From: Macrostomum lignano
Lineage: Eukaryota
Length of the DNA stretch: 58,378 bases
Assembly (NCBI GenBank): GCA_002269645.1
Contig: NIVC01004142.1
Location: 1-58,378, forward strand
Direction of reading: 5' to 3'
In this document: positions 12,101 to 24,439 of the stretch, one piece after another
Numbering within the stretch: the stretch's first letter is position 1
Layout: each line of letters opens with the position of its first letter
Program-made: the position numbers and the translations under genes
Notes under the pieces: model-generated
What the model was told of the DNA's origin: nothing
The model's input: only the letters and a program-made list of their open reading frames with translations
The model's database searches: none

Positions 12101-14698
12101 GAGAGAGTCCAGTGGGAGACAGTCCTGAGGGAGAGAGTCCAGTGGGAGAGAGTCCAGTGGGAGAGAGTCCAGTGGGAGAGAGTCCAGTGGGAGAGAGTCC
12201 AGTGGGAGAGAGTCCAGTGGGAGACAGTCCTGAGGGAGAGAGTCCGGTGGGAGATGGCAATAGATATGAAATATTATTCATAAAACGCAGTCCAAGAGAA
12301 GAGTGACCAGAGAAGAGGCAGCAGTTTAACACCCAAGCGGTGCACTCAATATATGAATAATCGGTCATGTAACGCTCCTGCAGGCTCAGAGTCTTCATCA
12401 TATGCATTAGGCTCATCCCGCCTCAGCCCCCTGTCCATCGCCTCTGTACCCCCGCAACGGCAAATATTGTCAGCCCACTTCAAGTGGGTTATCGACTAGC
12501 GTCTTCCGCGCCTCTCTATCCTCATCCTATGAGGCTGGGCTCCGGGCTCCGTCACTGTGGTTGGTATGAAGACAAGAGACTGCTGGCGGAATACACGAAT
12601 GATTAAAAAAGACTGCAGCTGGAGGGGAGAGAACAGCTTTAGCCTCTAAATGGAGGTGCAGATGGATGTAAACCACTCGGCCGGAAGGCTTTTGCCCGGA
12701 GTATAGCAGTGGCGAGTGGAGCGCGGGGTGGCTCGATGCTTGCAATTTCTCTGCCTTTTAAGACCTCGCCTTAGGGCGATCGAGTCTCTGTGTAAAGTCG
12801 CATGAAAAATTAGAATGGTGATACTCCGCTTAATTCCCAAATGAAGGAACTAATTTGCTCAGTCTTGGATGCTCACACAGGGGTGTACAGCGGCCCCTAT
12901 GACCGTGAAATCTAAACATGAGGCTGCGTTAGTGTCTTGAAAATGCCAGAACTGCAATGACAACAATTACAGAGAGCTCATACCACTGGGCGGGATGAGT
13001 AAGACAAGGAAATGGGAAGTGGAGCCAGGTGAGAAAGAAAGTGAAGGGAGCTATAGCCTCCAGTTTCTTTTCTGAAGCAGAAAGACACTGCCTGCGCGCG
13101 GCTTTGCAGAGGTCAGACTTTGTGTTGTAAAAGAGGAACAGTCAGTCAGGCAGGCAGACCCCTGCAGCTGAATGCAGAAGCCAATAGTATAGATGAAGGA
13201 AGTTTAAAGCCTACACAAGACAAAGTTCTGGAATGCCTCAGGTGTTGGAGCAGCTTCCTCTATAGGGAACATGTGTAAGAATCAAAGGACAGTTTAAAAC
13301 TTGAGCTGGCAAAGTCTTTGGCTGAATTGCATCTTCTTTTGTACATTTCGGAGATTTTATGCTGCAAAGATTCTGGACTCGTACTTAAGCATCTGAGACA
13401 GACTCTGTCCACTCAACGTACAGAATAAATTTATATATACGCATACACATTAAAACCTTCGGCAAGGCGTTGACACAAGTGTTGAACAAATAGTTTGAAC
13501 TGAAAACTGTGGCGGACCCAGTGCGCGTGTAGAGCGCGTGTTGGCGTGAGTGGAGAGCAGAAATATAACACCTTCTATTAAATAAAGCCCTCCCCCCCCT
13601 CTTCCATCATCAGCTGTTTGCCAAACTGCTCCTAACGGCCCAAAACCCAAACCCCTTCGGTCCCTGCTTGAGTCTCCACCTCCACCTCGGCTCCAGTCGC
13701 ATCCCACTTAATATGAAGGCCGTCAAGACTTCTCTCTGTCCTCTCCCTCTCTCTCTTCCCCTTTCCTTTCTTAGCTAGCAAAGGCAAGCCGACCGGCTCC
13801 TCAAGCAAATCTGCCACAAGCAAGCAAGCATTTACCCCGCAGTGTGCAAGACGCTCATCCCCCCATGCTCCTTAGCCCCAGCTACCCCTTGCTACCCACC
13901 CCTCCGCCCCCAGCAAAGCCATCATTGTCTTCACTTGCGTTCCGCGTTCATCTTTACCTGCCTCTGCAGCTCCAGTTTTGTGTTCTTTCAAAAGGAGACT
14001 GGGGGGGGAGAGGGACGGAAGAGCAAATGATGCAAGATTGATGTGTGCAGGTGGGAGCGGGCCGGGGTTCAGCTACAGAAGACAGACAAGGTTTCATCAT
14101 TGGCAGAAGACAAGCTTCAAAGTCTTTTATAAGTGCGGCGCAAAGCGAAATAACTTTTGACTCACCGGCTAGTCTCAACGCTGACATGCGCTGGAACTCG
14201 GGCTCCTGCAGCCACTTCCACATCCGCCTGAAGGTCTCCCTGCCAGACTTCAGCTTGCTCCACGGCTTTGGATTGCGCAAAAGATCCGACAGGGTGCCCT
14301 GGCTGCGGCACAGAACTCGCTGGGCGAACACCGCCTGAGGAATGCTGTAGCGCTTGAGCTCAGCGCTGATCCGGTGCGCCAAGTCCTTCGTGTTGATCTC
14401 CTCCATGTCGGCTGTTCCCGACGACACTTGGTGCGAGCCGCCGCCGCCGCCGCCGCCGCTGCCGCCTCCGCCGTTGGAACTTCCGCCGCCGCTGCCTCCA
14501 CCCCCGCCGCCGCTGCCGCCTCCGCCGCCGCCTCCTCCAGCGGAGGCCGCCCCGAAACTCGAATAGTGCAGATGCGACTCCGGAATACCGCGGAACTGAG
14601 CGTAGCTCGCCGACAGAGCGGCCGGCGGTTTCATATCGGACTTGAGCTCAGACTCTTGGCCATAGTAGGCCCCGTTGATCTGTTGCTGCTGTTGTTGC

Positions 14699-14730
<32 letters not shown>

Positions 14731-15180
14731 AAGATGCTGGTAGGATGAAGCATTGGACGCCATATACGCGTTCATGTGATTCTGCGCGTGAGACAGTGCC
14801 GGCCCCATCGGCCCGGGAATGCTCAAGTATTTGTTGAGCTCGTTTCCAACAGCGGTCGACATTCCGCCGGAGAAGGACTTCATCTCCAGGCTGTTGAACG
14901 GCTTGATGTCCTGCATGCCGTAGCCACAGCTGCCGCCGTGCTGGTGCAGGAAGCTGTAGCCGCCTCCGCTGCCGCCTCCGCTGGCCCCGTGAGCCACCGT
15001 CTGGTTGTTGAACTTGTCCAGCCCGTTGCCGCCGCCAGCCGAGCAGGCCGCTGAAGTCATGGCAGGCGGCAGGCCGGACAGCGGGCCCAGCGCTGCGTAG
15101 TTGACGCCCATGCCATAGGGCGGACTCAGCCGGCCATTGATCTGGTAAGAGTCCGGCCGGAAATCCGATGACTCGAGCAT
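6170..15180 (-). CDS. onecut: ONECUT-class CUT + homeodomain transcription factor (HNF-6 family), join(15180..14166, 6978..6170), 607 aa
   Basis: CUT domain EEINTKDLAHRISAELKRYSIPQAVFAQRVLCRSQGTLSDLLRNPKPWSKLKSGRETFRRMWKWLQEPEFQRMSALRLA. Homeodomain PKKPRLVFTDIQRRTLHAIFKETKRPSKEMQATIAQQLGLEVSTVANFFMNARRRS has the ONECUT-diagnostic F48/M50. A phase-1 intron 14165..6979 (G|GTGAGT ... ttgcag|CC) rebuilds the conserved RLAACKRKE. Exons 1015+809 nt = 608 codons. Confidence 0.97.
7078..7700. repeat. Degenerate 14-17-bp minisatellite CAGATTAGCGCCCC in the ONECUT intron
   Basis: Direct inspection. Confidence 0.92.
9640..10150. repeat. 41-bp minisatellite TGTGTGTCAGATGCCTCAAAGCTCTACTGACAGTTTTATAA, about 12 copies
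   Basis: Direct inspection. Confidence 0.95.
11715..12253. repeat. 15-bp minisatellite AGTCCAGTGGGAGAG, about 36 copies
   Basis: Direct inspection. It produces the spurious (SPTGL)n ORF. Confidence 0.95.
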
Positions 15181-15479
15181 AGCGACCGGCTGGACCGAGG
15201 AGTGTCCGATGGGGGATGAGGGGGTTTTCCCGGATCTCTGTGCTTCGATTTTACTGTTTGAAGGGAGAATTATCCCTCTCTTCCGCGTCTCTCCGGAGCC
15301 TCCTGATGCCGCCTATCGGCTTTCCGAACCGAAAAAATCTGGGAACAAAAATTGATTTATCCGCTCAAAGACGGGAAAGCTTCGAACGCTCTGGAGGGAG
15401 TTACTCAGTCGATTTGAGCTCGGCGAGTTGGGGCGCCTCGTCCCGACTTTTCTGGTTAGAAATGCTCGCCACACTTCTG

Positions 15480-15530
15480 CGCCGCCATTGGTTGCCTGAG
15501 TCGGGCATCCGCTGCTCGTCATTGGCTAAG
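15480..15530 (-). promoter_or_regulatory. Two CCAAT boxes about 310-345 bp upstream of the ONECUT ATG
   Basis: ATTGG occurs twice on the plus strand (near 15488 and 15521) in a GC-rich stretch. The transcription start is unknown. Confidence 0.35.
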
Positions 15531-15839
15531 ATCCCAAGGGGATGGAAATCCCACCTATGCTGTGCTCCGCTGCGACTCTCTTCTCCCGCATCCTTCTCGG
15601 CCAGTCAGTCCCGGCCGGCCGGGCGGGTGTCCGAGCCCCGCCAGGAGAAAAAAAATCGAATGCCGTCGATGCAGAGCTTCCAAAATTATTTTCTGCGAGT
15701 GGCTCGAGGGGGGCAGGGCGCTGGTGGCTTGTAGGGAGCAGGACGGGACCACCGCTGCTTCCCAGCCCTGCCCCAGGAATTGGGAAACTTGACCAGTCAA
15801 TGCCGATCAATATTGGCCGCAGAGAAACTTGACGAAGAG

Positions 15840-15871
15840 AAAAGAGAGAGAAAGAGAGATAGAGAGAGAGA

Positions 15872-15908
<37 letters not shown>

Positions 15909-15983
15909 ACGGGGGAGGCAGACAGGGCAGGAGCAAAGAAATAGTCAATTGCTAATCTGGTAATTTCTTCTTCAGAGCTATAG

Positions 15984-16043
<60 letters not shown>

Positions 16044-16106
16044 CTAAGACAGACAGACAGACACTAAGACAGACAGACAGACACTAAGACAGACAGACAG
16101 ACACTA

Positions 16107-16187
<81 letters not shown>

Positions 16188-16250
16188 CTAAGACAGACAG
16201 ACAGACAGACAGACAGACACTAAGACAGACAGACAGACAGACAGACACTA

Positions 16251-16283
<33 letters not shown>

Positions 16284-16286
16284 CTA

Positions 16287-16323
<37 letters not shown>

Positions 16324-16346
16324 CTAAGACAGACAGACAGACACTA

Positions 16347-16385
<39 letters not shown>

Positions 16386-16495
16386 TAGACAGACAGACAG
16401 ACAGACACAGACAGAGACTAAGACAGACAGACAGACAGACACTAAGACAGACAGACAGACAAACACACAGACACAGACAGACACACAGACACATA
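15840..16495. repeat. (GA)n tract and (AGAC)n microsatellite with ACTA interruptions upstream of ONECUT
   Basis: Direct inspection: (GA)n about 15840..15905 and (AGAC)n about 15985..16495. Confidence 0.93.
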
Positions 16496-17517
16496 GATAG
16501 ACTCTCTTTCTGCCTGTAATTCTCTCTATAGACTGCTTGTGATTCCTTTCGCCTGAAGGAAATTCCTTCTGCCCTTTCTATCTGTCTTTCTGTGTCTGTT
16601 TGCTTGTCCCTCTGTCTGAATTATGAACAGGAAAAGAGAATTACAGTCCAGCAGGGAATCAGAGGCAGAGGGAATTACATGCCGGCAGGGGAATTATGGA
16701 TAGGCATATAGGCAGATACATAATGTAGTGGGATTTACATAGAGAATTACAGGCAAATTTAACAGAAGTCATTTACTTTCGTTTTTAAAACTCAGTGTTG
16801 ACTACTCACCCAAACAACCTGACAGTAGTATCAACCTGATCTACCAGCCCTTTAGTTCAACCCCACAGCCGCTAACCCACGGCAAAGCCTTGCTATAGTT
16901 TGAATCCATGCCGGGAAAAAGTATCTTCTAAAAGACAGGAACAGTCAGTCTATTTGACAGCAGCGGTAACCTGCATCACTGCAGAAGCCTCGGTTCTCCT
17001 GTAAGCCTCTGCCGCTCCCTCATGGGGGGGGGGTCAACTACTTTCCAATAACTTCCTAGAAGCAGCAAACCACGAAGCACTGAAGTAACCCGGCGGGCTG
17101 GCACAACATTCCTTTTGAAAATCATCTCCCCAAAATATTACTTCTGCCATTGGGAAGAAAACAAAAAAAGGTTTATAATTTGCACTTGTTCACAAAATGG
17201 AAAGATCAGTGTTGGCATTATGCACTTTGCTAGCCAACTAGGGGTTTATTGGCACTGGAGAGGCGGTCTCGCAGCTGCTGGGTAGAACAGATAGGAATCG
17301 CTGAACAGTCTTCTCTCTGCTCGCAATTCAACTTGTTTGAATTTGATTATTTTCTCACCTGTTTCTTGGAATTTTTGTCAGCCGTTAAGCGAAAAATGGC
17401 TCGCTAAGCTATAAGTGGCTAAGTGTAATTTTCAGCTATTTTCTAGTTCTTCTGAGCTGAGTAGATACGGATATTACATCATCGACTTTATCCGATAAAA
17501 CACAACTCCCCTCCATT

Positions 17518-18415
17518 GAAACACACAACTTGGCGCCACTGAAACACAACTTGGCGCCGCTGAAACACAACTTGACGCCACTGAAACACAATTTGACGCG
17601 ACTGAAACAAAATTTGGCGCCACTGAAACACTGTTTGGCGCCACTGAAACACTGTTTGGCGCCACTGAAACACTGTTTGGCGCCACTGAAACACACTGTT
17701 TGGCGCCACTGAAACACTGTTTGGCGCCACTGAAACACACAGTTTGGCGCTACTGAAACACAATTTGGCGCCAACGAAACACACTGTTTGGCGCCACTGC
17801 CACTGAAACACAGTTTGGCGCAAATGAAACACACTATTTGGCGCCACTGAAACACAGTTTGGCGCCAATGAAACACAATTTGGCGCCAACGAAACACACT
17901 GTTTGGCGCCACTGAAACACAGTTTGGCGCAAATGAAACACACTATTTGGCGCCACTGAAACACAGTTTGGCGCCAATGAAACACACTATTTGGCGAAAC
18001 TGAAATACTATTTGGCGCCACTAAAAAAAATTTGGCGCCACTGAAACATAATTTGGCGCTACTGAAACGCAATTTGGCGCCACTGAGACACAAATACACT
18101 GCTTGGTTGGCGCCAAGGAAACAAAATTTGGCGCCACTGAAACACACTGTTTGGCGCCACTGAAACACAGTTTGGCGCCAACGAAACACAATATTTGGCG
18201 CCACTGAAATACAATTTGGCGCCAACGAAGCACAATATTTGGCGCCACTGAAATACAATTTGGCGCCAACGAAACACAATATTTGGCGCCACTGAAATAC
18301 AATTTGGCGCCAACGAAACACAATATTTGGCGCCACTGAAATACAATTTGGCGCCAACGAAACACACTGTTTTGCGTCACTGAAACACACTGTTTTGCGT
18401 CACTGAAACACAGTT
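17518..18415. repeat. About 21-bp minisatellite TTTGGCGCCACTGAAACACAG, about 40 copies
   Basis: Direct inspection. Confidence 0.95.
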
Positions 18416-18796
18416 TGGCTCTATACAATTAACAAGTCGCCGCTGGCTTAGAACTGTTTCATTATAGCAAACAAAAAATGAACAAAGGTACAGAACAGGA
18501 CAGATATATTTGTCGTGTATATTGAGTTTAAAGAAAGAAAACACGAACATAAAAAGGAAATCATTGAACCCAGGGATAGAAAACCGGAGCAAAAATCATC
18601 GCCCCACCCCAAAATAACTGTAAAGCTTAAAGCATCAACAACAGCATTTATTAACACCTTATTGCTAATTATGTTTATTTTAGTTAGTGACCATTCATTT
18701 GCAAAGAGGAAATCTGTGCACAATTTCATCAAAATCAAAACTGATTAGGGTATCTCTCAGGGGCTCATTGGGTGCTTTGGACAATGAGTAGTATGG

Positions 18797-19857
18797 GATC
18801 ATTCTCATTGGTGATCAGGGATCATTCTCACTGGTGATCAGGAATCATTCTCACTGGGGATCAGGGATCATTCTCACTGGTGATCAGGAATCATTCTCAC
18901 TGGTGATCAGGAATCATTCTCACTGGGGATCAGGGATCATTCTCACTGGGGATCAGGGATCATTCTCACTGGTGATCAGGAATCATTCTCACTGGTGATC
19001 AGGGATCATTCTCACTGGTGATCAGGGATCATTCTCATTGGGGATCAGGGATCATTCTCATTGGGGATCAGGGATCATTCTCACTGGTGATCAGGGATCA
19101 TTCTCACTGGTGATCAGGGATCATTCTCATTGGGGATCAGGGATCATTCTCACTGGGGATCAGGGATCATTCTCACTGGTGATCAGGGATCATTCTCACT
19201 GGGGATCAGGGATCATTCTCATTGGTGATCAGGGATCATTCTCACTGGTGATCAGGGATCATTCTCATTGGGGATCAGGGATCATTCTCACTGGTGATCA
19301 GGGATCATTCTCACTGGTGATCAGGGATCATTCTCACTGGTGATCAGGGATCATTCTCATTGGGGATCAGGGACCATTCTCACTGGTGATCAGGGATCAT
19401 TCTCACTGGTGATCAGGGATCATTCTCACTGGTGATCAGGGATCATTCTCATTGGGGATCAGGGATCATTCTCACTGGGATCAGGGATCATTCTCACTGG
19501 TGATCAGGGATCATTCTCACTGGGGATCAGGGATCATTCTCACTGGGATCAGGGATCATTCTCACTGGTGATCAGGGATCAGTCTCATTGGGGATCAGGG
19601 ATCATTCTCACTGGTGATCAGGGATCATTCTCACTGGTGATCAGGGATCATTCTCATTGGTGATCAGGGATCATTCTCACTGGTGATCAGGGATCATTCT
19701 CATTGGGGATCAGGGACCATTCTCACTGGTGATCAGGGATCATTCTCATTGGTGATCAGGGACCATTCTCACTGAGGATCAGGGATCATTCTCACTGGTG
19801 ATCAGGGATTATTCTCACTGAGGATCAGGGATCATTCTCACGGGGGATCAGGGATCA
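18797..19857. repeat. 23-bp minisatellite GGTGATCAGGGATCATTCTCACT, about 46 copies
   Basis: Direct inspection. Confidence 0.95.
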
Positions 19858-20045
19858 TGAGGATAGCGGCTAGAATTCCCAAAAAAAGTATTCCTATAAA
19901 CTTTGAATTTTCCTACCCCACCGGGTTAAATGTTATTGGCAATTAAATTTCACTGCAAGAAAAAGGTATTCAAATACTCCAGAATAAAAACATTAATCAC
20001 TTTTGACAGTAACTCTGGTCTAGTAGCGTTTCTGCGCCGGCTGAG

Positions 20046-23000
20046 TCAGCATAACTTGCTCTCCTCAACCCGAGGGCAATATTTCACTTCCAAGTCGTCC
20101 CATTCCAGTTTGCCGTTGATAAAATTTCCGGGATCTTCGGGGTCGTCAGAGATGAAGTACTGGCGGCAGAGCTGTAGAAAATAGGCCTTGTCCAGCTTCT
20201 TGGAGCTCCCCTGCGGTGAAAGTGACCAGATGAGAGTGACCAGATGACAGTGAACAGATGAGAGTGACCAGATGACAGTGACAAATGACAGTGAACAGAT
20301 GAGAGTGACCAGATGACAGTGACAAATGACAGTGACCAGATGAGAGTGACCAGATGACAGTGACAAATGACAGTGACCAGATGAGAGTGACCAGATGACA
20401 GTGACAAATGACAGTGACCAGATGAGAGTGACCAGATGACAGTGACAAATGACAGTGACCAGATGAGAGTGACCAGATGACAGTGACAAATGACAGTGAC
20501 CAGATGAGAGTGACCAGATGACAGTGACAAATGACAGTGACCAGATGAGAGTGACCAGATGACAGTGACAAATGACAGTGACCAGATGAGAGTGACCAGA
20601 TGACAGTGACAAATGACAGTGAACAGATGAGAGTGACCAGATGACAGTGACAAATGACAGTGAACAGATGAGAGTGACCAGATAACAGTGAACAGATGAG
20701 AGTGACCAGATGACAGTGACCAGATGACAGTGACAAATGACAGTGAACAGATGAGAGTGACCAGATGACAGTGAACAGATGAGAGTGACCAGATGACAGT
20801 GAACAGATGAGAGTGACCAGATGGCAGTGACCAGATGAGAGTGACCAGATTACAGTGACAAATGACAGTGAACAGATGAGAGTGACCAGATGACAGTGAA
20901 CAGATGAGAGTGACCAGATAACAGTGAACAGATGAGAGTGACCAGATGACAGTGACCAGATGACAGTGAACAGATGACAGTGACCAGATGACAGTGAACA
21001 GATGAGAGTGACCAGATGACAGTGACAAATGACAGTGAACAGATGAGAGTGACCAGATGACAGTGAACTGATGAGAGTGACCAGATGACAGTGACTAACT
21101 GAGAGTGACTAGATCAGAGTGATCTGGTGAGAGTGACTAACTGAGAGTGACTAGATCAGAGTGATCTGGTGAGAGTGACTAACTGAGAGTGACTAGATGA
21201 GAGTGATCTGGTGAGAGTGACTAACTGAGAGTGACTAGATCAGAGTGATCTGGTGAGAGTGACTAACTGAGAGTGACTAGATCAGAGTGATCTGGTGAGA
21301 GTGACTAACTGAGAGTGACTAGATCAGAGTGATCTGGTGAGAGTGACTAACTGAGAGTGACTAGATCAGAGTGATCTGGTGAGAGTGACTAACTGAGAGT
21401 GACTAGATGAGAGTGATCTGGTGAGAGTGACTAACTGAGAGTGACTAGATCAGAGTGATCTGGTGAGAGTGACTAACTGAGAGTGACTAGATCAGAGTGA
21501 TCTGGTGAGAGTGACTAACTGAGAGTGACTAGATCAGAGTGATCTGGTGAGAGTGACAATGAGTGATCAGGGAAAAAGATCCATTTGAAATCCATGCATA
21601 CGGCACAATAAAAGACAAAAAGTACCTCAGTGAATCGCTTGAATGCGTCCCTTGCATCCTTGGGTTTCACGCCGAAGTCTTGCATCACATATTCGTACTC
21701 CTCGATGTCCACTTCATTGTCGCCTAGGATGTATTAAATCAGAGTCAGCAGATCAGAGTGACACACAGATCAGACTGACACACAGATCAGATTAGAGTGA
21801 CACACAGATCAGAGTGACACACAGATCAGATTAGAGTGACACACAGATCAGAGTGACACACAGATCAGATTAGAGTGACACACAGATCAGAGTGACACAC
21901 AGATCAGATTAGAGTGATACACAGATCAGAGTGACACACAGATCAGATTAGAGTGACACACAGATCAGATTAGAGTGATACACAGATCAGAGTGACACAC
22001 AGATCAGATTAGAGTGACACACAGATCAGAGTGACACACAGATCAGATTAGAGTGACACACAGATCAGAGTGACACACAGATCAGAGTGACACAAGAATT
22101 AAGACCACAGAATCCTCACGGGTTCTATCCAGCAGGTTAAACTTGTACTCAAAGTATCTGCTCAGCCAGTCAGGCAGTTCCAGCTGATATTCACGCTTCT
22201 CTTTCTCCGCCAATTCTTTGTCTCGGGCCATCTTCTCAAACAGCGAGTCCCACATGGCGCACTGAAGCATGGTGTTTGATAGTTAGTCAGTTAGTCAGTT
22301 AGTTAGTTAGTCAGTTAGTCAGTCAGTTAGTCAGTCAGTTAGTCAGCCAGTCAGTCAGTTAGTTAGTCAGTCAGTTAGTCAGTCAGTTAGTCAGCCAGTC
22401 AGTCAGTTAGTTAGTCAGTCAGTTAGTCAGTCAGTTAGTCAGTCAGTTAGTCAGTCAGTTAGTCAGTCAGTTAGTCAGTTAGTTAGTCAGCCAGTCAGTC
22501 AGTCAGTTAGTCAGTCAGTTAGTCAGTCAGTCAGTCAGTCAGTCAGTTAGTCAGTCAGTCAGTTAGTCAGTCAGTTAGTCAGTCAGTCAGTCAGTCAGTC
22601 AGTTAGTCAGTCAGTCAGTTAGTCAGTCAGTTAGTTAGTCAGTCAGTTAGTCAGTCAGTCAGTCAGTCAGTCAGTTAGTCAGTCAGTCAGTTAGTCAGTC
22701 AGTTAGTCAGTCAGTTAGTCAGTCAGTTAGTCAGTCAGTCAGTTAGTCAGTCAGTCAGTCAGTCAGTTAGTCAGTCAGTCAGTTAGTCAGTCAGTTAGTC
22801 AGTCAGTTAGTCAGTCAGTTAGTCAGTCAGTTAGTCAGTCAGCCAGTTAGTCAGTTAGTCAGTCAGTTAGTCAGTCAGTCAGTTAGTCAGTTAGTCAGTC
22901 AGTCAGTCAGTTAGTCAGTCAGTTAGTCAGTCAGTCAGTCAGTCAGTCAGTTAGTCAGTCAGTCAGTCAGTTAGTCAGTCAGTTAGTCAGTCAGTTAGTC

Positions 23001-23959
23001 AGTCAGTTAGTCAGTCAGTTAGTCAGTCAGCCAGTTAGTCAGTTAGTCAGTCAGTTAGTCAGTCAGTCAGTCAGTTAGTCAGTCAGTTAGTCAGTCAGTC
23101 AGTTAGTCAGTCAGTTAGTCAGTCAGTTAGTCAGTCAGTTAGTCAGTCAGTTAGTCAGTCAGCCAGTTAGTCAGTTAGTCAGTCAGTTAGTCAGTCAGTC
23201 AGTTAGTCAGTTAGTCAGTCAGTCAGTCAGTTAGTCAGTCAGTTAGTCAGTCAGTCAGTCAGTCAGTCAGTTAGTCAGTCAGTCAGTCAGTTAGTCAGTC
23301 AGTCAGTCAGTCAGTTAGTCAGTCAGTTAGTCAGTCAGTCAGTCAGTCAGTCAGTTAGTCAGTCAGTCAGTCAGTCAGTTAGTCAGTCAGTTAGTCAGTC
23401 AGCCAGTCAGTCAGTTAGTCAGTCAGTTAGTCAGTCAGTTAGTCAGTCAGTCAGTCAGTCAGTCAGCTGCGGTCCTCACCCACTCCTCTTCGGAGATCTC
23501 TTCGTCTCCGTCCTCGTTGGCGCTCTTGTGCAAATTCTGCCACACCTCACTGAACAGAGTCTCCATGTGGCCGTACTGCGGCAAGCCCGCCTTCCAGCCG
23601 CTCATTTTGCAGATTTTCTAATTGGTATTGAGAGTGGTTGTGAACAAATGGCCGTCTAACAAATGGCAGTTTTCTTCAACAAATGGCGATTCTGTCCCAG
23701 AAGTGGCAATCCTATATTTTAAAATCACAGAGCCAACCAAATCTAACTCACCTCCTTCGCTTCCACAAAGTCCTTCTCAGTCAGCGAGCCGTCTTTGTTA
23801 AAATCTGCAATGGATCAAGCGCTGATTTGATCAGTTGAAAGGCACAGAGACCAAATAGCCAAAGCAAAACGCGGGCTTACCAAAGAAAGTTCGAAATTCG
23901 TGAGTAACTTTCTTGTTTTGAAAACCGGACATAAACTGCTTGGAGTTGTCGTTTCCCAT
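20046..23959 (-). CDS. Calexcitin / sarcoplasmic calcium-binding protein-like EF-hand protein, join(23959..23881, 23804..23752, 23617..23480, 22261..22120, 21723..21626, 20210..20046), 224 aa
   Basis: Six GT-AG exons, all phase-compatible (79+53+138+142+98+165 = 675 nt). The product reads MGNDNSKQFMSGFQNKKVTHEFRTFFDFNKDGSLTEKDF...ANEDGDEEISEEEWCAMW...LLDRTRDNEVDIEEY...YFISDDPEDPGNFINGKL. It has three EF loops, a degenerate fourth, and the calexcitin/SCP-type C-terminal YFxSxDPxxPGNFIxG motif. Family assignment is from recalled motifs. Confidence 0.88.
20219..21555. repeat. Compound GAGTGAC-core array in calexcitin intron 5: 13-14-bp subunits (20219..21095) then a 42-bp unit (21095..21555)
   Basis: Direct inspection. 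Confidence 0.93.
21745..22092. repeat. 17/22-bp GAGTGACACACAGATCA(GATTA) array in calexcitin intron 4
   Basis: Direct inspection. Confidence 0.92.
22280..23467. repeat. (AGTC/AGTT)n tetranucleotide array filling calexcitin intron 3
   Basis: Direct inspection. Confidence 0.97.
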
Positions 23960-24439
23960 GACTTCGAGGTCTCTCTTCTTCACGAGAAGCTGTTTTGAAT
24001 TTCAAATTATAACAAAATCGATCCGAATTTCGCATAAGAAGTTCTGTGCCAGAGCCACTGCCAGGTTTAAATGAGGTAAAACACTGTGAAGGGTGTGCAG
24101 CAGTGCACTGCGATTCCGTTTTGCACACAGTTCTCAGTCGATACTGATTGAACGCTTGGGAAAAAATCAATATCTAACTCACTCTCTCACTTCTACCTTC
24201 ATGCCGCTAGCTGAGTCAAATCAGGTTTTCTGTGCCCCCCCCCCCCAACTAATCCCCTTCCCTTATTTGATTAGAGTTCAGTAGCGCGAACACGGCTGTT
24301 ATTCCTGAGCTGTGAACGCATCCTTGTTTTCAGAACAGACTATGAGCTTTGTTCTCCATTATGTTCTTTCAGCAAAGCATTTTAGCCATTCAACATTGAT
24401 CTAGGCGCGATGGAGGCAAGAGAGGCTAACTGAGAGAAT

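Noticed and set aside
11643-12416. 257-aa (SPTGL)n mucin-like ORF
   Set aside because: A 15-bp tandem repeat inside the ONECUT intron; both strands are open only because the unit is a multiple of 3.
17436-18428. Repetitive FQWRQ/CVSVAPN ORFs
   Set aside because: Minisatellite translations.
22280-23467. Interstitial telomeric repeat
   Set aside because: Units are TTAG/TCAG, not TTAGGG or TTAGG.
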